From Hydrolagus affinis (taxonomy: Eukaryota), in the NCBI GenBank assembly GCA_012026655.1, contig JAAILG010000797.1, positions 1 to 64,000 of the forward strand: a stretch of 64,000 bases of DNA, read 5' to 3'. Shown one piece after another: positions 41,081 through 53,189 of the stretch. The translations under genes were made by a program, and so were the position numbers. Position 1 is the stretch's first letter. Each line of letters starts with the position of its first letter. Below the pieces are notes generated by a model. It was not told where the DNA came from and ran no database searches. It saw only the letters and a list, made by a program, of their open reading frames with translations.

Positions 41081-42018
41081 ATACTGTATCCTCCGTATGG
41101 GATGACCAATACAACAGACTGAGGATTTTTATTATCAATTATCAATTCGTGGTTTGGTGAAGGACTCCTTCATTCTTGCACTCTCTGTTGTCGGGTCTGT
41201 AGATTCATCTGGTCGAGGCTGGGTTACTCAGTGATGTGCGTCAGTTGCATTGTGAAGAAGACAGATTGGCTGCAATATACGGTCCTTTTTAGTCTTTAAA
41301 CACAGCTTCCTCAATGCACTGCTGGGTAGGCCACCTTGGGTCATATGTTTTCCACAAAGGTACCTACAGTGTGTGGAAGGCTGGTGATAGAAAATGTGTT
41401 CTTAGCACAGTGAATGCATACCATCAGAACATGTTATGTTCTCACCTTTTTTTGTTGTACAAAGCAGATGATGCAATAATTTCCTTCTGTCTGGATAGAC
41501 ATATACATAGATGTACGCACTGTAAATTTCTATGGTTCTGTTTAGTTAGGTGCCATCAATATACTGTTTTACAGTATATTCGATGCAGCGCTTTGAGACG
41601 TCTCAAAAACGTGATAAGGCACAATATCAATTGCAAGGATTATTATTATCATCATCATCAACGTCGCGTGTAGTTTTTCGTATCTGCCTTTCCAATGCAA
41701 ACAGCCACACTTAAAGCTCAGAACGATGGAATTTCTGGGGTTTTTTTTACAATTCACTTTATCAAGTGATCTTAACCTTACATCTTATGTGTATTATATC
41801 AAGGTTTCCTTCATCGTTTATATTTGTGATATGTGCCTATTCAGTATCTCCAAAACATTGAGTTTAATATAACAAATACTTTAAATATACTGTTGAAGTA
41901 TGAAGTATGAACTCCCTTTTCCCTCTTACCCCCCTTTCTCCCTGATCTTGCCCCCCACAGACCTTTCCCTCCCTCTCTCCCTTACCCCTCTTTCTCCCCC
42001 CTCTTCTTCCCTGACCTT

Positions 42019-42118
42019 NNNNNNNNNNNNNNNNNNNNNNNNNNNNNNNNNNNNNNNNNNNNNNNNNNNNNNNNNNNNNNNNNNNNNNNNNNNNNNNNNN
42101 NNNNNNNNNNNNNNNNNN
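42019..42118. other. Assembly gap (100 N)
   Basis: N run. Confidence 1.
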
Positions 42119-42408
42119 GACCCCTCCCCTTGCCATCTTTCCCCCCTTTTTCCCCTAGTCCCACTTCCATGACTGTTTGTGGGATACTGCTGTGTGCAAT
42201 TTCGTTGCCACGTTTCACCCACAAATATACAGTCAATTTTCCTACTCTTCTTCATTCTGCCCCGACCCCTCCCCCCTGCTCTTGTCCCTACCTAACTGTA
42301 CAGTGCCTTGGGACGTCCTCTCGACGTGAAAGGCGCTATATAAATGTAAGTTTTGATTAATTGATTGGTTGATTGGTTGATTGATTGACCAACACTTTCT
42401 TTTGCCAG

Positions 42409-42477
42409 GGATCTGAACTACAATGACCTGTCTGAATTTCCTGTAGCGATCCGGACTCTAAGCAAACTTCAAGAACT
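42409..42477 (+). CDS. LGR6: LGR6 exon 7 (DLNYNDLSEFPVAIRTLSKLQEL)
   Basis: ttttgccag acceptor, gtgagt donor, 69 nt. Confidence 0.95.
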
Positions 42478-42756
42478 GTGAGTAGTCATATGCCCAAGAA
42501 CCTTATAATGTGGGATGCGAATGGAATATCATTGTTGTTAAAAACTCCAATGATTGTGCTCTGAGTGAGTAAATGTTAATGGTACTTGGCCCCTCACATA
42601 TAAGAAATCAACTTACAATTCAATTCAAAACCAAGTGAACCAATTCTTACAACACAATACCAATGTACATTTATACATTGCCTTTCACATCGGTAGGATA
42701 TCCCAAGGCAATATTGGCAGGATGAGGGTAGAAAGGGAGCGAGGTGACTAAAAAGT

Positions 42757-43733
42757 AGAGTCCTGTAGTTCAGTGGTTAGAACACTCACCTTAAAAGCAA
42801 AACAATTTGGTTCAATTCCAAGCAGGGCGAAACCTTGGACAAGTTTCTTATTGCACACACCTAACAATAATACCCCCCCAAAAAAAAAAGAATCAGTTAT
42901 TTCAATCCATGACCATTTGTGGCACACTGCTGTGCGCAATTGGCTGCCGCATTTTGCCCACACATATACAGTCAATTCAATTTACAATATATTCTGTGAA
43001 GCACTTTAAGATGTGTAGAAGACATGAAAAGCACTACACTAGAAGCCCATTTATCTGGCACCCGCGGGACCTGGCCAATGGAGGTTAAAGCGCTTGCTGG
43101 ATATTCGGGCGGCCCGCGGCCGAAAATCCACTACAAAAAAATTAAAGTTCTTTTAACACACACCATACACACCAGACTAAGTAATGGCAGATAGTGACAG
43201 AATGTTTGGTTAGTGCCAGGCGGGTGAAAAGAACGGCAGCCCGATTTTAAAGTTGCGCGACTTTACGAGCTGCAAGCTGAAGCCCTAGACTCTTCTAGCG
43301 GCAAACCAAAATACTGCACTTGCGCGACAATGTGGGTTATCGGCTAGCGTTATCGGCTTGCCTCCAGTATGACTTTAAAGTCATATGCGCTCCGGTTTTT
43401 TCGGCCGCTTGGCGTGCTGCATTTTGGGGGAGTCGCTCGACCGTAAACCTCAACCCCAGCATCATGACTTCAAGCGCAGCATCTACCAGCGGGGATGGGG
43501 GGGTGGGGGGCGCGGGAGAGTGGTTTTGACGGTGAGCGCCAATACAGTATTCTGTTGTTATCTTATTATTTATGCATTTACAAATGCTCCACTGCTATTG
43601 TTCCAGATAAGTTCCGGTTTATCGAATGGGGACTTTTTGGGGGGCTTGCCGGTTATACGGAAGCGCTGGTGCATCGAGTCACGGATAAACGGGCTTCTAC
43701 TGTATATTAATTGCAAGGATCATTATTATTTAT
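42757..43733 (+). mobile_element. tRNA-headed SINE with a MITE inserted in its tail
   Basis: Head at 42757; tail gaaaagcacTA resumes as TAtattaattgcaaggat at 43703. Confidence 0.75.
43037..43702. mobile_element. pogo/Tigger-like MITE, CpG-rich copy (inverted relative to 10518)
   Basis: TA TSDs 43035-43036 and 43703-43704; TIR cactagaagcccatttatc / gataaacgggcttctactg. Confidence 0.8.
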
Positions 43734-44084
43734 TAAAAACTCAATTAAAGTAGAATGTTTTGTTATAGACCTTGAACAAGGTGAGGCAGGGGGTTGAGTT
43801 GGAGGGACTAGGGGATGAAGTTCCAGAGAGCGGGGCAAAGCATGACAACCAATGGAGGGATGGGGAGGGCAGGGGCCATGAAACAGGCCATTGAGCAAAG
43901 AGAGCAGCCGGTTCTGTAAGATTTGAGGACGTAGAATAACTTGAAAGATACAGGGGCAAGAGAAAGATGTGATTGGAAACAAGGGGGATCTTTTTAAAGA
44001 GTGGGAATAAGCAAAATCTGTTACATCATTTGCTTTGAAACAAGTGTTTAATTGAATCAAATGCATTACTGATCTGTGTTATAG

Positions 44085-44156
44085 GGGTTTCCATAACAAC
44101 AATATCAAGGCAATCCCAGAAAAGGCTTTTGTTGGAAATCCATTACTTCAAACAAT
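44085..44156 (+). CDS. LGR6: LGR6 exon 8 ([24 protein letters not shown])
   Basis: tgttatag acceptor, gtaagt donor, 72 nt. Confidence 0.95.
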
Positions 44157-45532
44157 GTAAGTGTAATTGCCCCTGAGTGCCCTTCAGTCAATGCTTCTTA
44201 CTCTATTCAACTGAGTGGGTGCCTGAAATGCATATGATCATCTATGATAACAAAGCTTCACCTTGACTGTTGTTCCTTTCTGGACAAATGTCAACTCTTT
44301 CCAAGTCAGTGAGATGGGTTCTATCAAATTTTGTCAAAACGAAAGAAAATAATATATATTTACCGGAGTTAAATAAAAACTTGGCCAAGGTAAAGAACGC
44401 ATTCTTAGCCTACCCTCCCTTGTCCTTTTAACTACTTGGATTTGTCTTCTTGAACTCGTAACCTATTTTCTGCCCATCTCCCCTCCTGCTGTGGAAGAGA
44501 TGATTCCAATTGGATTCCAACCCGTACAGATTTCCAGTTAGATTTGCCAGATCACCACTTGACAGGAAATCACAGCCCACAGAAACTGATGTCAGTAGCA
44601 ACCTGGCGACCAGGAAGTTGATGACAAGAATTGGTCAAAATTCCCCTCACCCCCACCAAACAAATAAATAACTCAAAATAACATTCGATATGATCCTAGG
44701 AAATTCAGATTTTTTTTTAAAAAATTGATTTCCACCACCCTTAATTACAAGCCTTATCCATCCCTGCTCTCTGAAATCGGTGTTATATTATCAACAGATC
44801 CTTTCACGTGATCAATTTTGCGCGCTTCGTTTGCAACACCCGTGTTAGTTATAAAAAAGTCATTTTTTAACAAATATTTGGCCCAGTAAAAAAAACCTTT
44901 CAAGGTGCCTAGAGGGTAGGCTACGCTTCATTTACATTGGCCAGAAATTTAACACACACATGAACAGTCAATATTTGTGATGGCATAACTAAGGCTGTGG
45001 ACATAAGCGTACACATCAAAGAAATCGTTTTTGTTTTTTTGGCAACACCAACCATATCGAATGCCGAGGCATTTCAGTTGATAATCTATACAGCTACTCA
45101 GCTACACCCCATTGATATCAGCCAAACTATACTGTTCGCTTAGTACTTTGTGGACTGTGTTTGACTACAACATCATGGAGAAGAGCTGTCCTCCCATTGC
45201 AGACAGATCAGTGTTTTTCATAGTTAATAACTACCGAAGTTAGGTAATGACTGGCATAATGTTGCCATTTAGAGTCTATTTCTGAGACAAGTTCACAAAT
45301 GTTAGTGTTAGTTTAAAACGAATTCTGCGCCATAATCTCTTCAAATAGCTGTAAAAACACAGGTTCCGCGTCTGATTGTCTTGATTGCTTCAGCTATTTC
45401 TTCATGCGACTGCAGTGGGCTTTGTTATTCAATCTGATTACATAGAGCGCTTTCTTAAGAAAAGCAGATGTGATCTTTGACACTGATGGATGTGGTATAA
45501 AAACCTATCTAAACATTTTGCTTCCTCTTTAG

Positions 45533-45604
45533 TCATTTTTATGATAATCCTATCCAGTTTGTGGGGAAATCGGCCTTTCAGTATCTGCCAAAGCTTCACA
45601 CCTT
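45533..45604 (+). CDS. LGR6: LGR6 exon 9 ([24 protein letters not shown])
   Basis: cctctttag acceptor, gtaagt donor, 72 nt. Confidence 0.95.
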
Positions 45605-47731
45605 GTAAGTATGAGCTGAGCCAAGTGTTTCCTTTCATAAGTTCAGAAAGCTAACCCAGTAGCTCAGATAGCTGAATGTTTGACTTCCAACCGAGGAGCC
45701 CATGAGATATCTGTCCTCTGGGACACGTTTTCACATAGCCGTTTGCAGGACTTTGGCTGTCGAGTTTGTCTGCACAGTCACTACGCGTTATGTTGCATTG
45801 CTTTTGCATGTCCTCCCAACGTGAAAGGTCTTGCAAGTGTTATTAATGTTATCATTATTATGCTTGTACACAGTGGTGAGTTTTGTTGTTGATGAGCTGT
45901 GTAAGGTGCATCACTCCTCCGAGTCCATGCAATCAACCAACGACAATAACTTGCATTTAAACAGCATCCTTCAGGCTGGAGAGTGTCTGTGAGCGCTAGC
46001 AAACATCCCTTCTCCTTGTGCCTCCTCTCCCTGGCTTTAAACATCCCCCCAAAACTGCCTTTGATTCATATCTTCACACTTCCTACTCCACCCGGTCCCT
46101 CCCATCAGTTCCAGAGCTTTGAGATGTTCACTTTTCATGTCAAAAGAATGATCTGAGCTGAGCCAAGTTACTGCCTACTACTCCATAGAGATTACAAGGT
46201 TATTCCATCAGCTCTGCTGGAGGTTTAGATTGAAGTATCAGAAGCAAACCTCACCTTTTGGTTTTAAGCACCTCAAGATGCTGTCAGGCATGAAAGTCAC
46301 TATATAAATACAAGTTGTCATTGTTGGTGGATAAACACTCATCTTGCACTAAACCATTGTGAGCTAGAAGGTTAGCCGATCACCACAACAGTTTCTCAGT
46401 TTGGATGAAGAAGGTCCTTTGTCCTATCTGATCTAATCCCTCTAGAACACCCATCCTACCGTTCGCCCACACACCTAACCCCTCTCTCCCCCACAACCAT
46501 ATCACAGCATCAAGCTGCTATTTAAATCCATCCAGTGTCCTGACTGCAACAACTTTCCTAGCAACCTGGTCCAGTCATTGATTACCCTCTGCGATGTCTT
46601 CTCTCAAGACTGAAGAGCCATAGGCCTGAGCCTGACCAGCAGCTATGCACTGCTAGGCCAGGAAATGAAAATATGTGCTACCGTTCCCATTGCTCTCTTG
46701 AGAAGTGCTTGTGTGAATGCTGGTTTAAGGCAGGGTACGGCTCAGGAGCAATGAGCTGTGTGGTCAAAGAGCCTTCTGAAGCTTGTTGCCTGGGCTCACA
46801 GCTATAAGCTACGTAACCACTTGCGTGAGGTAGAGGAGGGCTAAGGAGAAAGCCAAGACTCAGTGCCTTTGAGGAGAAAGGAGAACAGAGGAGAATTCAG
46901 GCACTCAATGAGTATCTGGAAACTTTTGGTGAACACTTCTAAACATTTTCCCACAAAACACACAATCACTGGACTTTACGGTGAACTCTTTGGGATGTCC
47001 TACCAACGTGAAAGGCACTATATATCAAATGTAAGGATTATTATTATTATTTAATTGAAGCAGACTCGTAAAACAAGCGGTCAAGATTACACAGGAAGAA
47101 GAAACAAAACGCAGTGTATGGAGCTCATACAGTCTAAGTTAACACTCCAATGCAGTCTAAGTTGACACTCCAAGTGTGTTGCATTGCCATAGATTCCATC
47201 GTTCAGATGAGACATTGAAACCAATGCACAGGTGGGCGTTAAAGATCCTTTGACACTGTTCAAAAAGAGAAAGGGGTTTCTCCCTGTCTCCTGACCCACA
47301 AATAAAATTGGTCATTCACGCCACGGATGTTTGTGGAACATTACTGTGTGGAAATGGGCCGCCTCGTTCACCTGCAAAACACGTGGCTCTTGCTCCTTAC
47401 CGTGTATCCTGTGAAGCGCTTTGAGACATCCGCCTGACGTGAAAGGTGCTGTACCAAACGTAAGGACCATTTAGGGTTATTATTCATTTGTAAAAATTGA
47501 AGAGTTTGTACAAATATAACTTGGTGGTGTTCCTTTGTTCAAAGCAATTAAAATGTGACAAATAAATGCAATTTGCTCGAACGCACAAAAGGGCCAATAT
47601 AAATACTTTTTTTTGTAAGAATGCAGAGAGGGTTATAATTACACAGCTGTGAGGTTGTGTCAGTTTTTTCCTCCTCCTTCTTTCAAGCTAAGCATGTAAG
47701 AAAGTAATGGATTTCTCTCTGTCAATTCCAG

Positions 47732-47800
47732 ATCACTAAATGGGGCAAGTGAAATAAAGGAATTCCCAGACCTTAAAGGAACAACCAGTCTGGAAATACT
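47732..47800 (+). CDS. LGR6: LGR6 exon 10 ([23 protein letters not shown])
   Basis: attccag acceptor, gtaggt donor, 69 nt. Confidence 0.94.
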
Positions 47801-48015
47801 GTAGGTAACAAATTCATGTTTATCAAACTTAGATTCTGAATGAACCGCCGACACCATTTTGCCGCAATTATTACCCTTTTCTTTCGATTGAATTCATTCA
47901 TCCTAAATTATCCATTACATTGTCAGTTCTGTCAGTAAAAATAAGGGTCATGTACTGAGGAGCTTCTCGCATGCTTGCTCCCAAATAATGGCATCAATTT
48001 TCTGCTCCTCGATAG

Positions 48016-48087
48016 GACATTGACTAGAGCTGGAATCACCTCACTTCCCAGGGGTCTCTGCCAACAACTCCCAAATCTACGAGTGCT
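48016..48087 (+). CDS. LGR6: LGR6 exon 11 (TLTRAGITSLPRGLCQQLPNLRVL)
   Basis: ctcgatag acceptor, gtgagt donor, 72 nt. Confidence 0.95.
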
Positions 48088-50542
48088 GTGAGTAGACTTT
48101 AGTTCCTGATTGCAAGAATGTTCTGATATTAACCCTCTAATCCTTCTCCAAACTGGAACACGGACCGCCGTCCAGATTCCCTAGTTACAACTGTAATGCG
48201 ACTGCGTTTTGTTGAGTAGATGACATTAGCAACTGTTCATCAGGCAGAACTGGTGATAACTTCTGGTCCAAAATGGAATTTCCTTCATGAAGCTTCACAT
48301 ATTATGATCTGAAACCTCGCCCTAGTTTCATAAGTCACTGGCGGTAAACGTGACGCAAAAAATACATTTCTATCGCACATTTCAAGTCAAAAATGTTATA
48401 AGTACGCAGCTTTAACACACTTCACACAGTTAAAATAGCAATTGTTTAGGTAAATCTTTGTAATGGAGTCAGCCTCATATTCCCCCATTATTGAAAATTC
48501 TAATTTAGCCAAGGTTCACCAAGGTTCTAACATTCAAAATGTTGTTATGATTATGTCCCATGTAGCTCATATAATCTATCAATTATCATTAAGCAAGAAG
48601 TCAATAACCTCCTCATATTCATTTTGCCCAGAAAATGTACGTTCAATTCACTTTACAGTATATTCTGCAAAATGCTTTGAGAAGTCTCGAAGATGTGATA
48701 AGTCACTATAACAAATGCAAGCATTATTATTACAGTATTACTATTACATTCTGCTAACATATTGGCATGTATTTTATAGTTGGAAAAATCAGGTACTGTA
48801 CCTTGTACAGAACTGTTATGCCTTCAATAATATTAGGAAGTGCATTTTCAATATACTGTATATGATATGGTTAGTAGTTCAGCAGTACATCAATAACTGC
48901 ATGTAACCATCATAATGGTGTTCATATGTATACAAAGGAATGTTGTTCACGTGATTATAGAGACTAACATCATGATAGGGCATTATTGCAGTAAGTGACA
49001 AAGATTAATGTGGTGAATGATCCCACCTCAAGACCCTCCTCTTCACTCGCTCCTTTAGGCACTTTCCTATCCCCACTTCTCCCCGTCCATACCCCTTCCT
49101 GATATAACCCCTCACCCCCCACCCATACCAACTCGGGTGTAATTCCTTGGGACATCCTCTCAACTTGAAAGTAAATGTAATTTGTTGTTGTTGGAGCAGG
49201 GCAACTGAGTTACCTTATTTGGTTCATCAATCTCACGTTCAGGGTTCCTCACCTTCAGCTATAAATCCCTTCATGTCCCAGCACCTCCCTATCCCTGTGA
49301 CCGTCTCCTGCCCTACTCATCCCATGCCGTCTCAATCAGATACTATCCCTAATCCCTTTCCCCTCCCTCTCACCCCCTCTTTATCTGTCTTTAAATGGCA
49401 CGTAAAAAACCTATCTGTGTTTATGGTCACCTCGCTCTTACCCTTCCATCCCACTTCTCCCTCGCTCAACATCCAAACATGTCCTCGCAAGACATTATCT
49501 TGTCTTGCGAGGTGCTGTCAAGTTAAATTATTGAGGTTCACTGTTTTTGTCCAGAATCGATGTGTCTTTTACATTCACTCACTGCAAAGCTGCCTCATCA
49601 CAACGCTCAATAAGTAACTCTTGGAAATTAAAGAACAAATGCAGAAATAACCTTTACTCCCTCTGGTATTGTTGATGGTTAAAGTCAACCTTGTCTCTAA
49701 AAGTTCCAACACGATTTGTTTGATGGAAAGCCCCGTTTCTTCAGCCGACCTCTCACCTTCCCTCAAGCTTCTAAAAATGACGTCAGGCAAGGTTTTCCTT
49801 ATTGGATACTTCGCAACATCAATTTAGTGCAGTATAATTTATACAGCGCCTTTCACATTGGAAGGATGTCTCAAACCCCTTAGTACTGTTAACTGGGCAA
49901 CTGAACTAGGGGTGGGAAGGGAAAAGATGACCAAAAATGCAGTCAATCATCAACTCCCCAAAGATGGTTTGCTTCACAATCAAAGGGCAGCATGGCTTTA
50001 AAGGGACATTCTTTCAATTTTTGAAGTACCATACACAGTAAGATATAAGAAACATTGTTTAAATTGGCATGCAAAGAACACAGTCACTACACTTTACAGT
50101 AAATCTTGTGAACGCACTTTAAACCGAACGCTTTAAGGAATAGACATGAAAGGCCTATTTATATTACTTTATTATTTGCAAGTCATTGCTAATCGTGTGT
50201 AACGAGGGAACTCAAATGTCCCTTCAATTATGAAATTAAAACCATTAACTGATATACTTAAGGGCACCTTGAATTCCCTCTGGGCAAATACATTTACACA
50301 TGGTTTGCACAACCAGGAAATTAGATGCCAGTGGACTCAAATAGAAATATTTGTGGACGAGATTCATGCCATTGAAATTACTTTTTCTTCCCTCAATCGT
50401 AAACACATGCTAACTGTTCGCAAAATCAGTCCTTTTATCACTAAGTTTATCACGGTGACTATAAATTCACCGTGACGTTTACTCACAGCCTCCACCGTAA
50501 ATAGTGAGTGAATAGCCTACAGTACTGTATTTATGTTTACAG

Positions 50543-50608
50543 GGAATTATCGTTCAATCAGATTCAGGAACTGCCAAGTTTCCATAACTGCCAAAAGCTG
50601 GAGGAAAT
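50543..50608 (+). CDS. LGR6: LGR6 exon 12 (ELSFNQIQELPSFHNCQKLEEI)
   Basis: gtttacag acceptor, gtaagt donor, 66 nt. Confidence 0.94.
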
Positions 50609-51269
50609 GTAAGTCCTTAACCCGCGTGAATAAAATACTCTCATGTGAAATCTTCACTGCAAAATATTTAAGTTTTTATTATTTATATAAGTTTTTCAAA
50701 ATTATTAACAGTATCTTTTTAGCCCGTGTTGCTGCTCTACGGAACTTCAATCTGGAATCCTCCGCCCCCTCCCCCCACCCACTTTGCACTGTACAAATGT
50801 CAATTCTATTGTATTCCATTCTACTCGTTGAAATTGAAATATTGATATGTTCACGTTCAGCCCACAAAATGTACAGTCAATTCATTTTACAGTATATTCT
50901 GTGAAGCGCATTGAGATGTCTCAAAGATGTGATGAGGCGGTATATCAAATGCAAGGATTATTATTATCAGATTCCTAAAAAAGCAAACTCAAAAACAAAC
51001 CCATCAATTTTCTAACCACCTTCATAATTTTGGGGGGTTTCTTTTCTCTGTTTCTCTGAGGTCAACGTATTCAGGCCAAAATAGGAGATTGTATGTGATG
51101 TCTCCCATTGACCCCAAAATTGGTCCCGACTTTCGCACAATTTTCTCCCATTATTTAACAAGGGCCATTCCCCTCACCCCCTTCTACCCAGTTCAAGTGC
51201 CGAACCAGCGCTCTGCTACCCCCACCCCATCCTCCCATCCCACACACACAACAACTTGCATTATATAGC

Positions 51270-51498
51270 CAAAACGCTAAATACTGCAGGTGCTGGAAAT
51301 CTGAAACAAAAACAGAAATTGCTGGGAACATTCAGCAGGTTAAGCAGCATCTGTGGAAAAAGGAAAAGTGAGTTAACGTTTCAGGTCCACGACCCTTCGT
51401 CAGAACCAGTTTGTGGACCCAAAAGGCTGACTCACTTTTCCTTTCTCCATAGATGCTGCCTGACCTGCTGAGTGTTCCCAGCGATTTCTATTTTTGTT
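51270..51498. mobile_element. Non-autonomous Penelope-like element with inverted termini
   Basis: 86-bp inverted arms (51305-51390 / 51413-51498); flanking direct repeat ttgcattatatagc; hammerhead core on the minus strand. Confidence 0.7.
51372..51406 (-). ncRNA. Minimal type I hammerhead ribozyme motif (Penelope-associated)
   Basis: Minus strand GUU-CUGACGA-A-GGGUC-gug-GACCU-GAAA-CG-UU-AAC: core CUGANGA/GAAA, stem II hairpin, 3-4 bp stem I, palindromic ACGU stem III. Confidence 0.55.
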
Positions 51499-52009
51499 GC
51501 ATTATATAGCGCCTCTCATGCAGGGTAGCATCCCGGAACACTCGTGTGAAAGGCACACGACTAAATACAAATTGTGGTTGTAGAATTTAAATGCAGAGTT
51601 TAGACAAGGTGAACAAGATATTACCCTCCCACCGCTCACCTATCCCTTTGAAAGAGAGGGGCTGGAACAGGGTATGGGTGGGACATGCTCACATAAAGTA
51701 GCCAAATCAGAGCTTCTTTATGACTCAACACCTTTGTTTCTTCCCCAGTTCTCGCTCTTAACAAGTCAATGTAACAGTCTAGGTTTTCCATTGATATGGA
51801 TTTTTTTTCGTTAAAAAGTCAGATAATGGCAAACGTATCTTTTGTTTATTGTCGAGACACCCCTTTGACATTTGGATACAAAACCACTTCCGCTCTCTAT
51901 TTTACCGTCTTTTCTCATGCCAAAATGATTGATTTTGTTTCCCCGGTGACCTCAAATAAGAATGATATCTTAAGACCTTGATCTCATTGTTACTGTTTGT
52001 CTTTCTTAG

Positions 52010-52081
52010 CGGCCTGAAGCACAATAGAATCACTGAAATCAGAGCTGACACGTTTCAACAGCTAATGACTCTGCGATCTCT
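52010..52081 (+). CDS. LGR6: LGR6 exon 13 (GLKHNRITEIRADTFQQLMTLRSL)
   Basis: ctttcttag acceptor, gtgagt donor, 72 nt. Confidence 0.94.
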
Positions 52082-53189
52082 GTGAGTAGCTTTTCGCATT
52101 CTTCCCTCAAGCAGTCTGGCCGGTGAAGTTTTAGTGCTCTGCTGATAAGACAGAAACTTGATTCCAAGCACCGGGACTGCAACTCAATCACACAAGTCGC
52201 TGTGCAGAATAAAATGCCCGTGAGTGAATGCTCTCTGGGTAGGTGCAGCATCCTCTGTTCATACAGCAATCTCCTAAGCGATTTGAGACCAGTTGCTTTT
52301 CCCCCCGAAAGACTTCCTTTTTTTCTTTGCTTTGACTTCAACAAAAAAATAGCCATACGTAATTGGGGAGACGGTGGGGGGAGCTGCCTCCAGCACGAAA
52401 TACCGTAACTTGCAGCAGTAAATAAACTTTGTTCCTAGTCATTTGGACCCTTTTGTGTTCATTGTCGTGATTCGAGAGCTCTGTGGGAAAGCTACTTTTT
52501 CTCACAGATGTAGCCCTCAGCCGCACACTTTAACCCTTGGCAGCATTGGTTCATCTGCATGCTATGCAGCATTGGCTCATCTGCATACGTTGTAATGAAT
52601 CCTATTGAACGGTCTGCCAAACTGTTTCTATTCTGACACACAAGTCCCATTTATTTCACATGTGCATCGGTCCAAAGACTGATTTATATCGGGGGTCATC
52701 TGTCCGAACGGGCAATAATCCGACAATAATGAGATAGATTGGTCTGACTTCAATATTGTACATCATATCACCAGGGATATGGTTGCACTGGTTACTGAAA
52801 TGTTAACACCATTGACTCGCAAATAGCAAATTCAACCTTGAACAGTCTGCTGATGCACTCTGCACAAGAATCCTCCTATGCTTGAGAACCTCTGTGAGTG
52901 TGAAGTGAGTGAGTCTTCTGTGGCGGCACCTGGCATGGAGGGCGCTATATAAATACAAATTGTTGTTGTTGTTGTTGTTGAGTGTGCAGTTCTCCCCCTC
53001 AAGTACCTAGCACGCTGGTTAGTGTAAGAGCATTCATCTTAGAGTATTCATCACACTCACAGAGAGTGTAGGGCTCTCTTCCCTATCACCAAACTCAAAT
53101 GTCCTTTTGATCTACCCTGTGAGGAATGTGTGTCACAATAAAAGTGTATTAATATTACAACCTCATTCAATGTTCGAATACAAAGGCGG

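Noticed and set aside
49147-49617. 156-aa ORF
   Set aside because: Lies over C-rich L2-like remnants; no domain or splice support.
52529-52540. TTAACCCT as a piggyBac terminus
   Set aside because: I found no matching inverted AGGGTTAA end nearby.
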